Assembly: GCA_035303165.1 (NCBI GenBank)
Contig: DATGRY010000117.1
Span: 2,002-66,001, forward strand
Length of the DNA stretch: 64,000 nucleotides
Direction: 5' to 3'
From: Pseudogracilibacillus sp.
GTDB lineage: Bacteria > Bacillota > Bacilli > Bacillales > Amphibacillaceae
Position numbers and translations under genes: made by a program. Numbering within the stretch: position 1 is the stretch's first letter; every line of letters begins with the position of its first letter. Shown in pieces: positions 43,594 through 55,387 of the stretch. Below the pieces are notes generated by a model that made no database searches, was not told the origin of the DNA, and saw only the letters and a list, made by a program, of their open reading frames with translations.

Positions 43594-44466
43594 ATGAATG
43601 TAGAAGTTGATCGTTTAAAACCAGGAATGGTTCTCGTTGAAGATGTGATCGGTAAATCAGGTGAGCCAATTATAAAACAAGGAACAACTTTAACCGAGAC
43701 ACACATTACATTTTTAAAAAAATTTTTAATTAAAGATGTCTCTGTTACGACGGATGGAATGTTAGTAAGAAAAAGGCAGCAACAAAAACCGATAGAAGAG
43801 GACAGTTCTTTAACTACTTTATTAAAACAGGCGAGTAGTGAATATGAGAAGATGTTTAACGCTTGGCGTAATAGTGTTGCGATTGATATGTATGCAATAC
43901 GAAAAACATTTATCCCTTTTTTCACAAAAGTGATTGATTTACCAATGCAAGAAGTGTTGTTTTCGTACACGTTAGAAGAACGTGACAACATATTCAATCG
44001 AACGATCGTACAAAGTATTCTCGCGATCCAATTAGCAAGGCTAAATTGTTTTGAAAAAAAGGACTGGCTCCAAATCGGTTTTGCTACTCTATTAAGTGAC
44101 AGTGGATTGTCACGGCTCATCACGAGGGATTTTACGATCGATTCGTACAAAAAACATGACAAATGGCAACTTCACCCTTTATATTCATATCAAATGGTTG
44201 AAAATATAACGACATTGACGAAAATTACGAAAATAGCTATACTACAACATCATGAATATTTAGATGGAACTGGATTTCCCGGAAAAATTAGTGGTGATCA
44301 AATAAGTAGTTATTCGCGAATTGTCACAATTTCTGATTTCGTCTTATCTTTACGGACGAACAATATCGCTACAATTTTAACGAGCTTAAAAGAAAATCTC
44401 GGAAAAAAACTCGACCGAAATTTAACATTACTTTTTATGAAACGATTTAGTGAGGGTTATTCGTAA
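43594..44466 (+). CDS. HD-GYP-like domain protein with degenerate catalytic motifs
   Basis: HHEYLDGTGFPG stands in place of HHE..DGSGYP, and LLSDSGLS sits where HDIGK is expected. The start was set at MNVEVD after RBS AAAGGGGTGAGG. Confidence 0.7.
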   Translation: MNVEVDRLKPGMVLVEDVIGKSGEPIIKQGTTLTETHITFLKKFLIKDVSVTTDGMLVRKRQQQKPIEEDSSLTTLLKQASSEYEKMFNAWRNSVAIDMYAIRKTFIPFFTKVIDLPMQEVLFSYTLEERDNIFNRTIVQSILAIQLARLNCFEKKDWLQIGFATLLSDSGLSRLITRDFTIDSYKKHDKWQLHPLYSYQMVENITTLTKITKIAILQHHEYLDGTGFPGKISGDQISSYSRIVTISDFVLSLRTNNIATILTSLKENLGKKLDRNLTLLFMKRFSEGYS

Positions 44467-44533
44467 AAATGAAAAATGTTTACGAAAAATAGTCGTTAAC
44501 ATACGTTCAACAATATTTTTACTACATGAATAG

Positions 44534-46024
<1,491 letters not shown>

Positions 46025-46082
46025 TGAATTACAGATCAAGATACGTATAACTAGAAGAAATAAATAACGGAGGTTACCAACA

Positions 46083-47372
46083 GTGGGGAAACGAATAAGA
46101 AACTCAAATTGGAATGTATATGCAGTTACTTTTCTCATTTTTTTACTCATTTTTCAAGCGAATGCATTTAATGTTTCTGCCGAATCATTTAAAACGAAAG
46201 CTGAATCAGCCATTATTGTAGAAGTAGATAGTGGAAAAGTGTTATACGAGAAAAATGCGGATGAAGCATTACCTCCAGCAAGTATGACGAAAATGATGAC
46301 GGAATATATCGTCTTAGAAAAGGTCGCTTCAGGAGAAATTTCATGGGATGATACGACGCAAATTAGTGATTATGCGTATGAAATTTCCGGCAACGATGCG
46401 TTTTCAGGTGTCGGTTTAATCCAAGATAAAGATTATACTATTTTAGAATTGTATGAAGCGATGGCGATTAATTCAGATAACGCAACGACGATTGCAATTG
46501 CTGAATATATTTCTGGATCAGAAGGCGAATTTGTAAAATTAATGAATGAAAAAGCAGAGGAAATGGGTTTACCAGATTATAAATTCGTTAACTCAACAGG
46601 TTTAGATAACGAATCGCTCGATGGAAAACATCCAGAAGGAACAAAAGCGGATGATACGAACCTTTTATCCGCACGTTCAGCAGCTTTACTCGCTTATCGT
46701 TTAATAAAAGACTATCCAGAAGTATTAGAAATTTCTAGTGTGCCGGAGACGACATTCGATGAACAGACGATCGAAAATTGGAACTGGATGTTACCTCATG
46801 AAAAAACGTTTTTAAAACAATATTACTATGAAGGGATCGACGGATTAAAGACTGGTCATACCGATTTAGCTGGTTATACATTTACGTCGACGGCTGAAAG
46901 AGATGGTCGACGTTTAATTACTGTCGTCATGAAGACAGATAGTATCGACGATCGTTTCCATGAAACAGCGAAATTATTAGATTTCGGTTTCGACAAATTT
47001 GAAGAAGTCGAGTTGTTTGAAGCTGGATATCAATTAAAAGGGGAAGAAACGCTTCCGGTATTGAAAGGAAAAGAAGAGGAAGTAGCTATTGGATTAGAGG
47101 ATTCAATTACACAATCGATCCAAAAAGGAACGGAAGATCTTTATTCCATTGTTTATCATTTAGATAAGAATGAATTGGAAGCACCAGTTAAAAAAGGTGA
47201 AGTCGTTGGAAAAGCGGAAGTAGTATTTGACGATGGTAAGGAACTCGGTTATATTGAAAACAATAATGAAAAAGGAACATTTGTTGATATCGTTATCGCA
47301 GAAGATGTAGATAAAAAAGGTTGGTTTGCACTTCTAATCGATGCGTTTAAACAATTGTTCAAGGGGGATTAA
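46083..47372 (+). CDS. dacA: D-alanyl-D-alanine carboxypeptidase (PBP5-type)
   Basis: It has a signal/TM segment and the active-site SMTKMMT (SxxK), SDN and KTG motifs. Confidence 0.9.
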   Translation: MGKRIRNSNWNVYAVTFLIFLLIFQANAFNVSAESFKTKAESAIIVEVDSGKVLYEKNADEALPPASMTKMMTEYIVLEKVASGEISWDDTTQISDYAYEISGNDAFSGVGLIQDKDYTILELYEAMAINSDNATTIAIAEYISGSEGEFVKLMNEKAEEMGLPDYKFVNSTGLDNESLDGKHPEGTKADDTNLLSARSAALLAYRLIKDYPEVLEISSVPETTFDEQTIENWNWMLPHEKTFLKQYYYEGIDGLKTGHTDLAGYTFTSTAERDGRRLITVVMKTDSIDDRFHETAKLLDFGFDKFEEVELFEAGYQLKGEETLPVLKGKEEEVAIGLEDSITQSIQKGTEDLYSIVYHLDKNELEAPVKKGEVVGKAEVVFDDGKELGYIENNNEKGTFVDIVIAEDVDKKGWFALLIDAFKQLFKGD

Positions 47373-47377
47373 GCAAA

Positions 47378-48226
47378 ATGGTACAATTTAAGTATGGTGG
47401 CGTTATTATGGACGTCGTCAACGCAGAACAAGCAAAAATTGCTGAGGCTTCAGGAGCAGTTGCAGTAATGGCACTCGAGAGGGTACCATCTGATATACGA
47501 AAAGAAGGCGGTGTCGCCCGTATGGCTGATCCAGTCATTACAGAAGAAGTAATGAATGCTGTTTCGATCCCAGTCATGGCTAAAGGGCGAATTGGCCATA
47601 TTGTAGAAGCACGTGTGTTGGAAGCGATGGGTGTAGACTTTATCGATGAAAGTGAAGTTTTAACACCTGCAGATGACGTCTTTCATATAAAGAAAAGTGA
47701 TTTTTCTGTACCGTTCGTCTGCGGTTGCCGTAATATTGGGGAAGCGGCACGTCGTATTGGTGAAGGGGCGAAAATGTTACGAACAAAAGGTGAACCAGGG
47801 ACTGGGAATATCGTCGAAGCGGTTCGTCACTTGCGTCAAGTCGAAGCGGAAATAAAACAGTTAATTTCGATGAGTGAAGATGAAGTAATGGTCTTTGCTC
47901 GTGACAATCAAGCACCTTTTGACGTATTAATGGATATTCGTAAAAAGGGTCGTTTACCAGTACAAAACTATGCCGCAGGTGGTGTTGCAACACCAGCAGA
48001 TGCAGCACTTATGATGGAATTAGGTGCTGACGGAGTATTCGTTGGTTCAGGAATTTTTAAATCGGAAAATCCTGAAAAATATGCACGTGCGATAGTCGAA
48101 GCGACAGCTAATTTCAAAGATTACGAACGAATCATTGAATTATCAAAAGGTTTAGGTTCTGCTATGAAGGGTATCGAAATGAGCACGCTAGAAGGTTTCG
48201 ATCGCATGTCGGAGCGGAGTATGTAA
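47378..48226 (+). CDS. pdxS: pyridoxal 5'-phosphate synthase lyase subunit PdxS (N terminus about 12 aa shorter than the B. subtilis protein as I recall it)
   Basis: Motifs [27 protein letters not shown] and [16 protein letters not shown] are present. An in-frame stop at 47348 excludes a longer N terminus. Confidence 0.92.
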   Translation: MVQFKYGGVIMDVVNAEQAKIAEASGAVAVMALERVPSDIRKEGGVARMADPVITEEVMNAVSIPVMAKGRIGHIVEARVLEAMGVDFIDESEVLTPADDVFHIKKSDFSVPFVCGCRNIGEAARRIGEGAKMLRTKGEPGTGNIVEAVRHLRQVEAEIKQLISMSEDEVMVFARDNQAPFDVLMDIRKKGRLPVQNYAAGGVATPADAALMMELGADGVFVGSGIFKSENPEKYARAIVEATANFKDYERIIELSKGLGSAMKGIEMSTLEGFDRMSERSM

Positions 48227-48314
48227 CTTCTTTTCATACAGAGATAGTTAAGTAAGTTTTTAAGAGAAATGTGACTAATTACTTTGTGAAAAAATTCATG
48301 CGATATTGTTGTTA

Positions 48315-48355
48315 CTCTCGTCCCTTTTTAATAATAGGGATGAGAGTTTGTTTTT
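48315..48355 (+). terminator. intrinsic terminator between pdxS and serS
   Basis: A 10-bp stem CTCTCGTCCC/GGGATGAGAG (one G-U pair) is followed by TTTGTTTTT and ends 6 nt before the serS RBS. Confidence 0.7.
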
Positions 48356-48377
48356 AAAGGAAAGGAGAGTCTATGTT

Positions 48378-49649
48378 ATGTTAGATCAACGATATTTACG
48401 AAATAATTATGATGAAATCGTGGCGAAACTGCACAATCGTGGCGAAGATTTAACTGACTTAAAAGAATTCGGTAAACTTGATACACGTCGACGTGAAATA
48501 ATTGCAGAAGTAGAACAACTAAAAGCAGTTCGCAATGAAACATCGAAAAAAATATCTCAGTTAAAACGAGAGAAACAAGATGCATCTACTGAAATTGCGG
48601 AAATGCAACGAGTGAGTAAACAAATTAAGGAAATGGACGAAGAACTAGCAGATGTAGAAGAAAAACTAACGAATTTATTATTATCGATTCCGAACATTCC
48701 ACACGAAAGTGTACCGATCGGCGAAGATGAAGAAGACAACGTAGAAGTAAAAACGTGGGGAGAAAAGCCAAACTTCTCATTTGAGCCACTTGCACATTGG
48801 GATATTGCGACGAATTTAGATATCGTCAGTTTTGAGCGGGCAGCAAAAGTAGCCGGTAGCCGTTTTTCGTTTTACAAAGGATTAGGCGCACGGTTAGAAC
48901 GAGCGTTACTTAACTTTATGATGGATTTACATGCTGATGAACACGGATATGAAGAAATGTTACCACCTTATTTAGTAAATCGTGCGAGTATGACGGGAAC
49001 GGGACAACTGCCGAAGTTTGAAGAGGATGCTTTTTTAATTGAAGAGTGGGATTACTTTTTAATTCCGACGGCGGAAGTACCTGTAACGAACTATTACCGT
49101 GATGAAATTTTACAAGAAAGTGATCTACCACGAAAATACGTTGCTTATAGCGCATGTTTTCGTTCGGAAGCAGGTTCTGCCGGTCGTGATACACGTGGCT
49201 TAATTCGCCAACACCAATTTAATAAAGTAGAACTCGTTCAGTTCGTAAAACGAGAAGATTCATATGAAGCATTAGAACAATTGACGAAGGATGCGGAGAA
49301 AGTGTTACAATTGTTAGAACTTCCGTATCGAGTGATGAGTATGTGTACAGGTGATTTAGGGTTTACAGCTGCGAAAAAATACGATTTAGAAGTGTGGATT
49401 CCCGCACAAAATACGTATCGGGAAATTTCTTCTTGCTCTAATTTTGAAGCGTTTCAAGCCCGTCGAGCAAAAATTCGTTATCGTAATAGGGAAGGGAAGT
49501 TAGAGTACGTACATACGTTAAATGGTTCAGGTCTAGCAGTTGGTCGGACAGTGGCAGCAATTTTGGAAAACTATCAGCGAGAAGACGGATCAGTCGTCGT
49601 CCCGGAAGTTCTCCGTCCGTACATGGGTGGAGTTGAAGTGATCGAATAA
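48378..49649 (+). CDS. serS: seryl-tRNA synthetase
   Basis: The start was set at [10 protein letters not shown], 8 nt after AAAGGAGAG. Class II motifs include [21 protein letters not shown] and GSGLAVGR. Confidence 0.95.
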   Translation: MLDQRYLRNNYDEIVAKLHNRGEDLTDLKEFGKLDTRRREIIAEVEQLKAVRNETSKKISQLKREKQDASTEIAEMQRVSKQIKEMDEELADVEEKLTNLLLSIPNIPHESVPIGEDEEDNVEVKTWGEKPNFSFEPLAHWDIATNLDIVSFERAAKVAGSRFSFYKGLGARLERALLNFMMDLHADEHGYEEMLPPYLVNRASMTGTGQLPKFEEDAFLIEEWDYFLIPTAEVPVTNYYRDEILQESDLPRKYVAYSACFRSEAGSAGRDTRGLIRQHQFNKVELVQFVKREDSYEALEQLTKDAEKVLQLLELPYRVMSMCTGDLGFTAAKKYDLEVWIPAQNTYREISSCSNFEAFQARRAKIRYRNREGKLEYVHTLNGSGLAVGRTVAAILENYQREDGSVVVPEVLRPYMGGVEVIE

Positions 49650-49657
49650 TAAAAAGG

Positions 49658-49700
49658 GAACTTGCTCTTCACATGTTCGTTAAAGAGCAAGTTTTCTTCT
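49658..49700 (+). terminator. intrinsic terminator after serS
   Basis: An 11-12-bp stem GAACTTGCTCTT/AAGAGCAAGTT is followed by TTTCTTCT. Confidence 0.7.
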
Positions 49701-49800
49701 ATTCAAGTTTTCTTCTATTAATGAAGTGAACAACATCATAATATTTACGTATAAATTTCCCCCTTAGAAATATATACCGTATGATAGAATGACAAAGTAG

Positions 49801-49829
49801 TTGACAAACGGAATAAATTTGAGTATTAT
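49801..49829 (+). promoter_or_regulatory. sigma-A promoter for tRNA-Ser
   Basis: TTGACA, a 17-nt spacer, then TATTAT, about 15 nt upstream of the tRNA 5' end. Confidence 0.65.
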
Positions 49830-49844
49830 ATTTCATGTCGATAA

Positions 49845-49937
49845 GGAGGAATACCCAAGTCTGGCTGAAGGGATCGGTCTTGAAAACCGACAGGGGTGTC
49901 AAAGCCCGCGGGGGTTCGAATCCCTCTTCCTCCTCCA
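49845..49937 (+). tRNA. trnS: tRNA-Ser (anticodon UGA) with long variable arm and encoded CCA
   Basis: The acceptor stem is GGAGGAA/TTCCTCC and the anticodon loop is CTTGAAA. It has a long variable arm, the T-loop GGTTCGAATCC, and a 3' CCA. Confidence 0.9.
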
Positions 49938-49953
49938 TATAATTTAATATAAT

Positions 49954-49996
49954 AACCGTATCGTAATCGTACAATGAGGCGACGATACGGTTTTTG
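49954..49996 (+). terminator. intrinsic terminator after tRNA-Ser
   Basis: An 11-bp stem AACCGTATCGT/ACGATACGGTT is followed by TTTT. Confidence 0.65.
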
Positions 49997-50001
49997 AATT
50001 T

Positions 50002-50424
50002 TTATGATGGAAATAATGTTTCTTCTTCACCGAGATGGTGAAAATGGTTTATAAGTAAAAGGGATTGAAATATAGAAATAAGTTCCACATCAACAGTATC
50101 TTTTTCTGCAAATAGCTTTTTTATATGTGCAACGATCTTTCGAAATAAATCGTGATCGCGCATTAACATGTATAAATCCTTTTCTGGAACGTTTCCTTCT
50201 TCTAACAATTCTTTATACAGTCCGTGATCTTCAGCATCCGCATGAGCAATAATTTTCTCTTCCCAATGCGTAATAAGTTGTTTCACTAATTCATAACATG
50301 CATCTTCCTCCTTATGATAAAAATGTTCTTTTAATTGTTCGGTTAATGTGACAGCTTGCCCGTGTGCAGCATCGTGAATTGCTCGGTGCGCAGTTAATTG
50401 GCGCAATGCAGGTCCTGATTTCAT
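50002..50424 (-). CDS. hemerythrin-like (HHE cation-binding) domain protein
   Basis: It is predicted helical and His/Glu-rich, with AHADAEDH, RDHD and HFHHLGEE. The start was set at MKSGPA, 7 nt after GGAGGA. Confidence 0.5.
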   Translation of the reverse strand: MKSGPALRQLTAHRAIHDAAHGQAVTLTEQLKEHFYHKEEDACYELVKQLITHWEEKIIAHADAEDHGLYKELLEEGNVPEKDLYMLMRDHDLFRKIVAHIKKLFAEKDTVDVELISIFQSLLLINHFHHLGEEETLFPS

Positions 50425-50529
50425 GGAACAGTCCTCCATTTAACATATTTTCATGCTATAAACTATTTACTAACAACATAACCTGAAACACCTTTAGATA
50501 AACATAAAGAGCAATCATAGCGATAATAC

Positions 50530-50558
50530 TTGACAAACGATATAGAACGACATACTAT
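50530..50558 (+). promoter_or_regulatory. sigma-A promoter of the T-box leader
   Basis: TTGACA, a 17-nt spacer, then TACTAT. Confidence 0.6.
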
Positions 50559-50564
50559 TTAACA

Positions 50565-50816
50565 TAACAAAAACTTCATATCGTTTGACTATGAATAGGA
50601 TAGTAAATTAAGTACAGCACAAGAGAGTGGGATTCATCGGCTGAAAGATCCCATTGTTCCATGCTTAATTGAACCTACCTAGGAGTCGTTAGCTACAAAC
50701 TAACCGCTAGATTAGCGTTATCAATAAAAGAGTGGGCACATGCCAATATAGGTGGTACCGCGGAAACGACCTCATTCCGTCCTAATTGAAGGATGAATGG
50801 AGGTTTTTTTGTTTTT
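50565..50816 (+). promoter_or_regulatory. T-box riboswitch leader, proline-specific (specifier CCU)
   Basis: The conserved T-box sequence GGTGGTACCGCG is at 50751-50762 and an AGAGA box is in stem I. The specifier context GAA-CCU-A is at 50671-50677. The terminator stem at 50769-50804 is followed by T7GT5. Confidence 0.8.
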
Positions 50817-50846
50817 ACAATACATTTAAAAGGGGTTTACGTACGG

Positions 50847-51653
50847 ATGGAAAAAGTATCATTTATCGGTGCTGGTTCGATGGCTGAAGCAATTATTGCA
50901 GGACTAGTAAATAAACGTGTTATTGCGACACAGCAAATATATGTGACGAATAAAGAAAACGAAGAACGTTTAGAACAATTAGAACAGGCATATAACATAA
51001 CAGGAACGACGGATAAGATAAAAGTTGTTCAAGACGCAGATGTAATTGTTATTGCAACGAAGCCTTACGATGTCGTCGATGCATTAAACGACGTAAAAAC
51101 GTATATAAAAGAAGATCAACTCGTCATATCCGTCGTTGCTGGTATCTCTACGGAGTTAATCGAAAATACGCTTGAAAAAAAAGCGCCAGTAATACGCACG
51201 ATGCCAAATACATCCGCTGCGATCGGTTATTCAGCGACGGCAATTACGAAAGGTAAGTTTGCTACAGATACACATCTTTCCATAACGGAAAAACTGTTTG
51301 AAGCAATCGGTACTGTTTCAATCGTTAAGGAAGAAAAAATGCATATCGTTACAGCATTATCCGGAAGTGGTCCGGCTTACGTTTATTATTTAGTAGAAGC
51401 GATGGAAGCTGTTGCAAGAGCAGAAGGTCTCGATGAAACGATCGCCAAGGATCTCATTACACAGACGATTATCGGAGCGGGAAATATGTTAAAAGAGACG
51501 AACGAACAAGCAAGTACGTTACGAGAAAATGTGACGAGTCCAAATGGAACGACGGCTGCAGGACTTGCAACATTGCGCAAATATCAATTTAAAGAAGCAA
51601 TTGAAAACTGCATAAAAAATGCGAAGCAACGATCCATTGAATTAGGTGAATAA
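50847..51653 (+). CDS. proC: pyrroline-5-carboxylate reductase
   Basis: The NADP motif is VSFIGAGSMAEAI and the C-terminal signature is VTSPNGTTAAGL. The ORF-track N terminus begins inside the terminator stem, so it was trimmed. Confidence 0.9.
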   Translation: MEKVSFIGAGSMAEAIIAGLVNKRVIATQQIYVTNKENEERLEQLEQAYNITGTTDKIKVVQDADVIVIATKPYDVVDALNDVKTYIKEDQLVISVVAGISTELIENTLEKKAPVIRTMPNTSAAIGYSATAITKGKFATDTHLSITEKLFEAIGTVSIVKEEKMHIVTALSGSGPAYVYYLVEAMEAVARAEGLDETIAKDLITQTIIGAGNMLKETNEQASTLRENVTSPNGTTAAGLATLRKYQFKEAIENCIKNAKQRSIELGE

Positions 51654-51662
51654 AACGAACAG

Positions 51663-52949
51663 TTATACTATTTTCCGAACGATAAATTGATCGTTTAATA
51701 AAAGCCAATTTTGTGGAAAAGCGAGCCCTAATTTCCAATAAGCGATGCCGAGAAGACCGAGACGTTTTACGAGATTGAATTTTGCTTGTATAGATCGTGC
51801 ATCTTCAAACCATACGATATGTTCCTTTCCGTCCATATCCATATATTCAAAAAATGGTGCTTGTGCTGTCTCATCGTATTGGATTGCAACACGATGTTCA
51901 CGTGCAAGTTGAATCGCTTGTTGTGGGCTAATGGCGCGGGCAAAACTTTCACCTTGTACGAAAGGAAGCGTCCAATCGTATCCGTACAAATTTTGTCCCA
52001 TTAAAATTTTTTCACGTGGAATTTCTGTCAATGCATATGTGAGCACTTTTTCTACTTCGTTAATCGGCGACACAGGAAGCGGGGGTCCTGCACTATAACC
52101 CCACTCGTACGTCATAAGGACGACGAAGTCATTGTTTTCACCGTGAAAAGCGTAATCGTGTGCCTCATAAAGCAGTCCACTTTGCGTTCGGCTCGTCTTC
52201 GGTGCAAGAGCGGAAGAAAGTTGTAATCCACTAGGTGCTAAGCGGCTTTTTAGCTTTTGTAAAAATTCGTTGTACGCAGCTCGATCATTTGGATAAATAA
52301 ATTCAAAATCGATATGTACATCTTTAAATCCATTTGCTACCGCACTGTTCGTAATTTCATCGATTAAGCGATTTTGTACCGCTTGAACGGTTAAAACGAT
52401 ATGCGCAAGTTCAGAGCTAAATGATGCTCCTTCTAAATTTGTCACGACGAATGATAATGCGGTATCATTATTTGTAGCAATTTCTTGTAATAAATTAAGT
52501 AGTGGTGGCGATAATGTACCATCACGATTGACACGGTAACTGAACGGAGCAATGTACGTTAAGGATGGACTATGTTTGCGCGCAGCATTTTCTAATGCAG
52601 TTGAAAAACGGTCGCCAAGCGGCTCGATATAACCGAATGTCGTTATATCTTCTTTCATTTTAGGTGGGATATAAAGCCGTAAACCGACAGGCAATACTTG
52701 TCCAACTTGGATATTGTTCACCCGTGCTAATTGTTCGACGGAAATTTGCATCATTTCACTAATTGAAAACAATGAATCGCCTGGTTGGACGAAATAATAC
52801 TCGCCAATAATTGGAATGACTAACGCTTGACCGACGACTAAGTTAGGTGTCTCTAATTCATTCGCTTCCGTTAAAGCAAAAATAGACGTACTGTACATAT
52901 TTGCGATTGAGAATAATGTTTCCCCGCTTTCTACAACATGTATTTGCAA
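51663..52949 (-). CDS. yaaH: spore peptidoglycan hydrolase YaaH/SleL (2x LysM + GH18 domain)
   Basis: Two LysM repeats are present (HVVESGETLFSIA..., YFVQPGDSLFSIS...) and the GH18 core is DVHIDFEF. The start was set at the TTG 8 nt after AAAGGAG. Confidence 0.85.
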   Translation of the reverse strand: MQIHVVESGETLFSIANMYSTSIFALTEANELETPNLVVGQALVIPIIGEYYFVQPGDSLFSISEMMQISVEQLARVNNIQVGQVLPVGLRLYIPPKMKEDITTFGYIEPLGDRFSTALENAARKHSPSLTYIAPFSYRVNRDGTLSPPLLNLLQEIATNNDTALSFVVTNLEGASFSSELAHIVLTVQAVQNRLIDEITNSAVANGFKDVHIDFEFIYPNDRAAYNEFLQKLKSRLAPSGLQLSSALAPKTSRTQSGLLYEAHDYAFHGENNDFVVLMTYEWGYSAGPPLPVSPINEVEKVLTYALTEIPREKILMGQNLYGYDWTLPFVQGESFARAISPQQAIQLAREHRVAIQYDETAQAPFFEYMDMDGKEHIVWFEDARSIQAKFNLVKRLGLLGIAYWKLGLAFPQNWLLLNDQFIVRKIV

Positions 52950-53008
52950 TCGTCTATCTCCTTTCCTCAAAATGTCCTTTTCTATACAACGATATGTAAT
53001 GAAAATGA

Positions 53009-53500
<492 letters not shown>

Positions 53501-53552
53501 TGTACGCTATAATACGTAAGAATAATTGATAGAAGTTGGTAATGAATAGTAA

Positions 53553-53581
53553 TTGCAATTGAGAGTAAGAACCTGTATAAT
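53553..53581 (+). promoter_or_regulatory. sigma-A promoter of the SRP RNA gene
   Basis: TTGCAA, a 17-nt spacer, then TATAAT, ending about 6 nt before the RNA 5' end. Confidence 0.7.
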
Positions 53582-53587
53582 GTACAT

Positions 53588-53856
53588 TGCCGTGCTAGGT
53601 GGGGAGGTAGCGGTGCCCTATCACTTGCAATCCGCTATAGCAAGACTGAATCCCTACTTTAGGTGGACGATTTTACGGCCTGCCTTAACGGAGTGGTGCT
53701 GACGTTTAGATCTTGCGCAACAGGAACCCATGAATCCTGTCAGGTCCGGAAGGAAGCAGCAGTAAGTGGATCTTCTTGTGTGCCGCAAGGCAACCTAAAC
53801 CGAGCCATGAACTTAAGTAACGCGTAGGTTCGTTGCATCGATAGTAGGTGCACGGC
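53588..53856 (+). ncRNA. scr: signal recognition particle RNA, long Bacillus type (scRNA, with Alu domain)
   Basis: It is nearly collinear with B. subtilis scRNA as I recall it. The 5' end is TGCCGTGCTAGGTGGGGAGGTAGCGGTGCCC, the domain IV core is GTCAGGTCCGGAAGGAAGCAGC, and the 3' end is GGTGCACGGC. Confidence 0.9.
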
Positions 53857-53872
53857 TCTTACATAAAAAGAT

Positions 53873-53910
53873 AAACTGCTATGAAAATCCATTTCATAGC
53901 AGTTTTTTTT
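53873..53910. terminator. bidirectional intrinsic terminator between scr and selO
   Basis: A 14-bp perfect stem AAACTGCTATGAAA/TTTCATAGCAGTTT is flanked by an A-run and a T-run. Confidence 0.75.
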
Positions 53911-53926
53911 AATTTTTTAATTCTCT

Positions 53927-55387
53927 TTACGTGCCACAAAACGTCTGATACGGTCCATCGGGAATAGGAATACGTGCTAAGTTTTGTTGCATCTCGTTAT
54001 GAGCAAACGGATCGCGTAACGCATCGATTAGTTTTTCTACAAAACGCATTTCTCTCTTTTCCGTAACGAGCTCTAATGCCTCTTCAACGAGGTGGTTTCG
54101 TGGAATAATGGCGGGATTATGTTGCATCATCATTTGTTTTACTTCGTCCGCTCGTTTATGTTCGTACTCTAATCGACGTTGCCATTTGTTCCACCACGTT
54201 TTAAACGTCTCCGTTTTATATACTTCTTTATGAGTAAGTCGATCAAACGTTAAATCGAGAAACGTATTTGTGTAATCGACACGCTCTTTTTCCATCCATT
54301 GTAATAATTCATTCATTAATTGTTCATCTTCATCTTTTTCCATAAATAAGCCGAGTTTTTTACGCATGCCACGTAACCAGTACGACTGAAAATGATGGGG
54401 GAAAGAATGAACGATATTTTCTGCTAATTGTACCGCTTTTTTTTCGTCTTGATCTATTAAAGGTAACAATGTTTCGGCAAAGCGTGCGATATTCCAATTG
54501 GCAATTGCAGGTTGGTTTCCATATTTATAACGACCGTGATCGTCAATGGAACTAAATACTGTTTCGCGATCGAACTCATTCATAAATGCGCACGGTCCGT
54601 AATCGATCGTCTCCCCACTAATCGTTACGTTATCTGTATTCATCACACCGTGAATGAATCCGACGAGTTGCCATTTCGCAACGAGTTTTGCTTGGCGTTT
54701 AACGACTCGTTCGAGAAAATGAATATAACGATTTTTTGCTTCATATATATCGGGATCGTGCCGTTTAATTGCATAATCAGCAAGTGCTTTAAGTTTTCCT
54801 ACGTCTTTTAAGATTCGTGCATATTGAAATGTTCCAACGCGAAGATGGCTTGAGGCGGCACGGACGAGAATCGCACCGCGTAAAGCTGTACCACGAATCA
54901 CTTTTTCACCTGTTTCTACAACTGCAAGACTGCGCGTCGTTGGGATGCGTAGAGCGTGCATTGCTTCACTAATAATATACTCACGTAACATCGGACCGAG
55001 CGCACCTTTTCCATCTCCACCTCGGGAGTAAGGGGTTGGTCCAGATCCTTTATATTGAATATCGACTCGATCATTCGCTGGTGTTAATTGTTCACCTAAG
55101 ACGATTGCTCGACCATCGCCTAATATTGTAAAATGTCCGAACTGATGTCCCGCATACGCTTGAGCAATCGTCATACTATTTTTCGGTAATGTATTACCAG
55201 CTAAAACAGAAATACCGTCTGCAGTTTCTAACAAATCACCATCCAAACCTAACGTTTCTGCTAACGGTTTATTTAATAAAACTAACGTTGGATTTGGTAC
55301 ATAATCGGGCGTCGTTTTTGTATAAAAATCGGCTGGAAGTTCAGTATAACTATGATGAAAATTCCAACCGATTTGTTCAATTGTCAT
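53927..55387 (-). CDS. selO: protein adenylyltransferase SelO (YdiU/UPF0061)
   Basis: Motifs AYAGHQFGHFTILGDGRA and HGVMNTDN are present. The 486-aa length is typical of the family. Confidence 0.88.
   Translation of the reverse strand: MTIEQIGWNFHHSYTELPADFYTKTTPDYVPNPTLVLLNKPLAETLGLDGDLLETADGISVLAGNTLPKNSMTIAQAYAGHQFGHFTILGDGRAIVLGEQLTPANDRVDIQYKGSGPTPYSRGGDGKGALGPMLREYIISEAMHALRIPTTRSLAVVETGEKVIRGTALRGAILVRAASSHLRVGTFQYARILKDVGKLKALADYAIKRHDPDIYEAKNRYIHFLERVVKRQAKLVAKWQLVGFIHGVMNTDNVTISGETIDYGPCAFMNEFDRETVFSSIDDHGRYKYGNQPAIANWNIARFAETLLPLIDQDEKKAVQLAENIVHSFPHHFQSYWLRGMRKKLGLFMEKDEDEQLMNELLQWMEKERVDYTNTFLDLTFDRLTHKEVYKTETFKTWWNKWQRRLEYEHKRADEVKQMMMQHNPAIIPRNHLVEEALELVTEKREMRFVEKLIDALRDPFAHNEMQQNLARIPIPDGPYQTFCGT

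Noticed and set aside
43010-44162. Two long minus-strand ORFs (43010-43669, 219 aa; 43446-44162, 238 aa) lie antisense to gyrA and the HD-GYP-like gene.
   Set aside because: They are low-complexity Ser/Phe/Ile-rich translations with no RBS or recognisable motifs. They fully overlap strongly supported plus-strand genes, which is typical of antisense shadow ORFs.
49699-49974. A 91-aa minus-strand ORF.
   Set aside because: It overlaps the tRNA-Ser gene and its promoter and terminator. It has no RBS and a nonsense-like composition.
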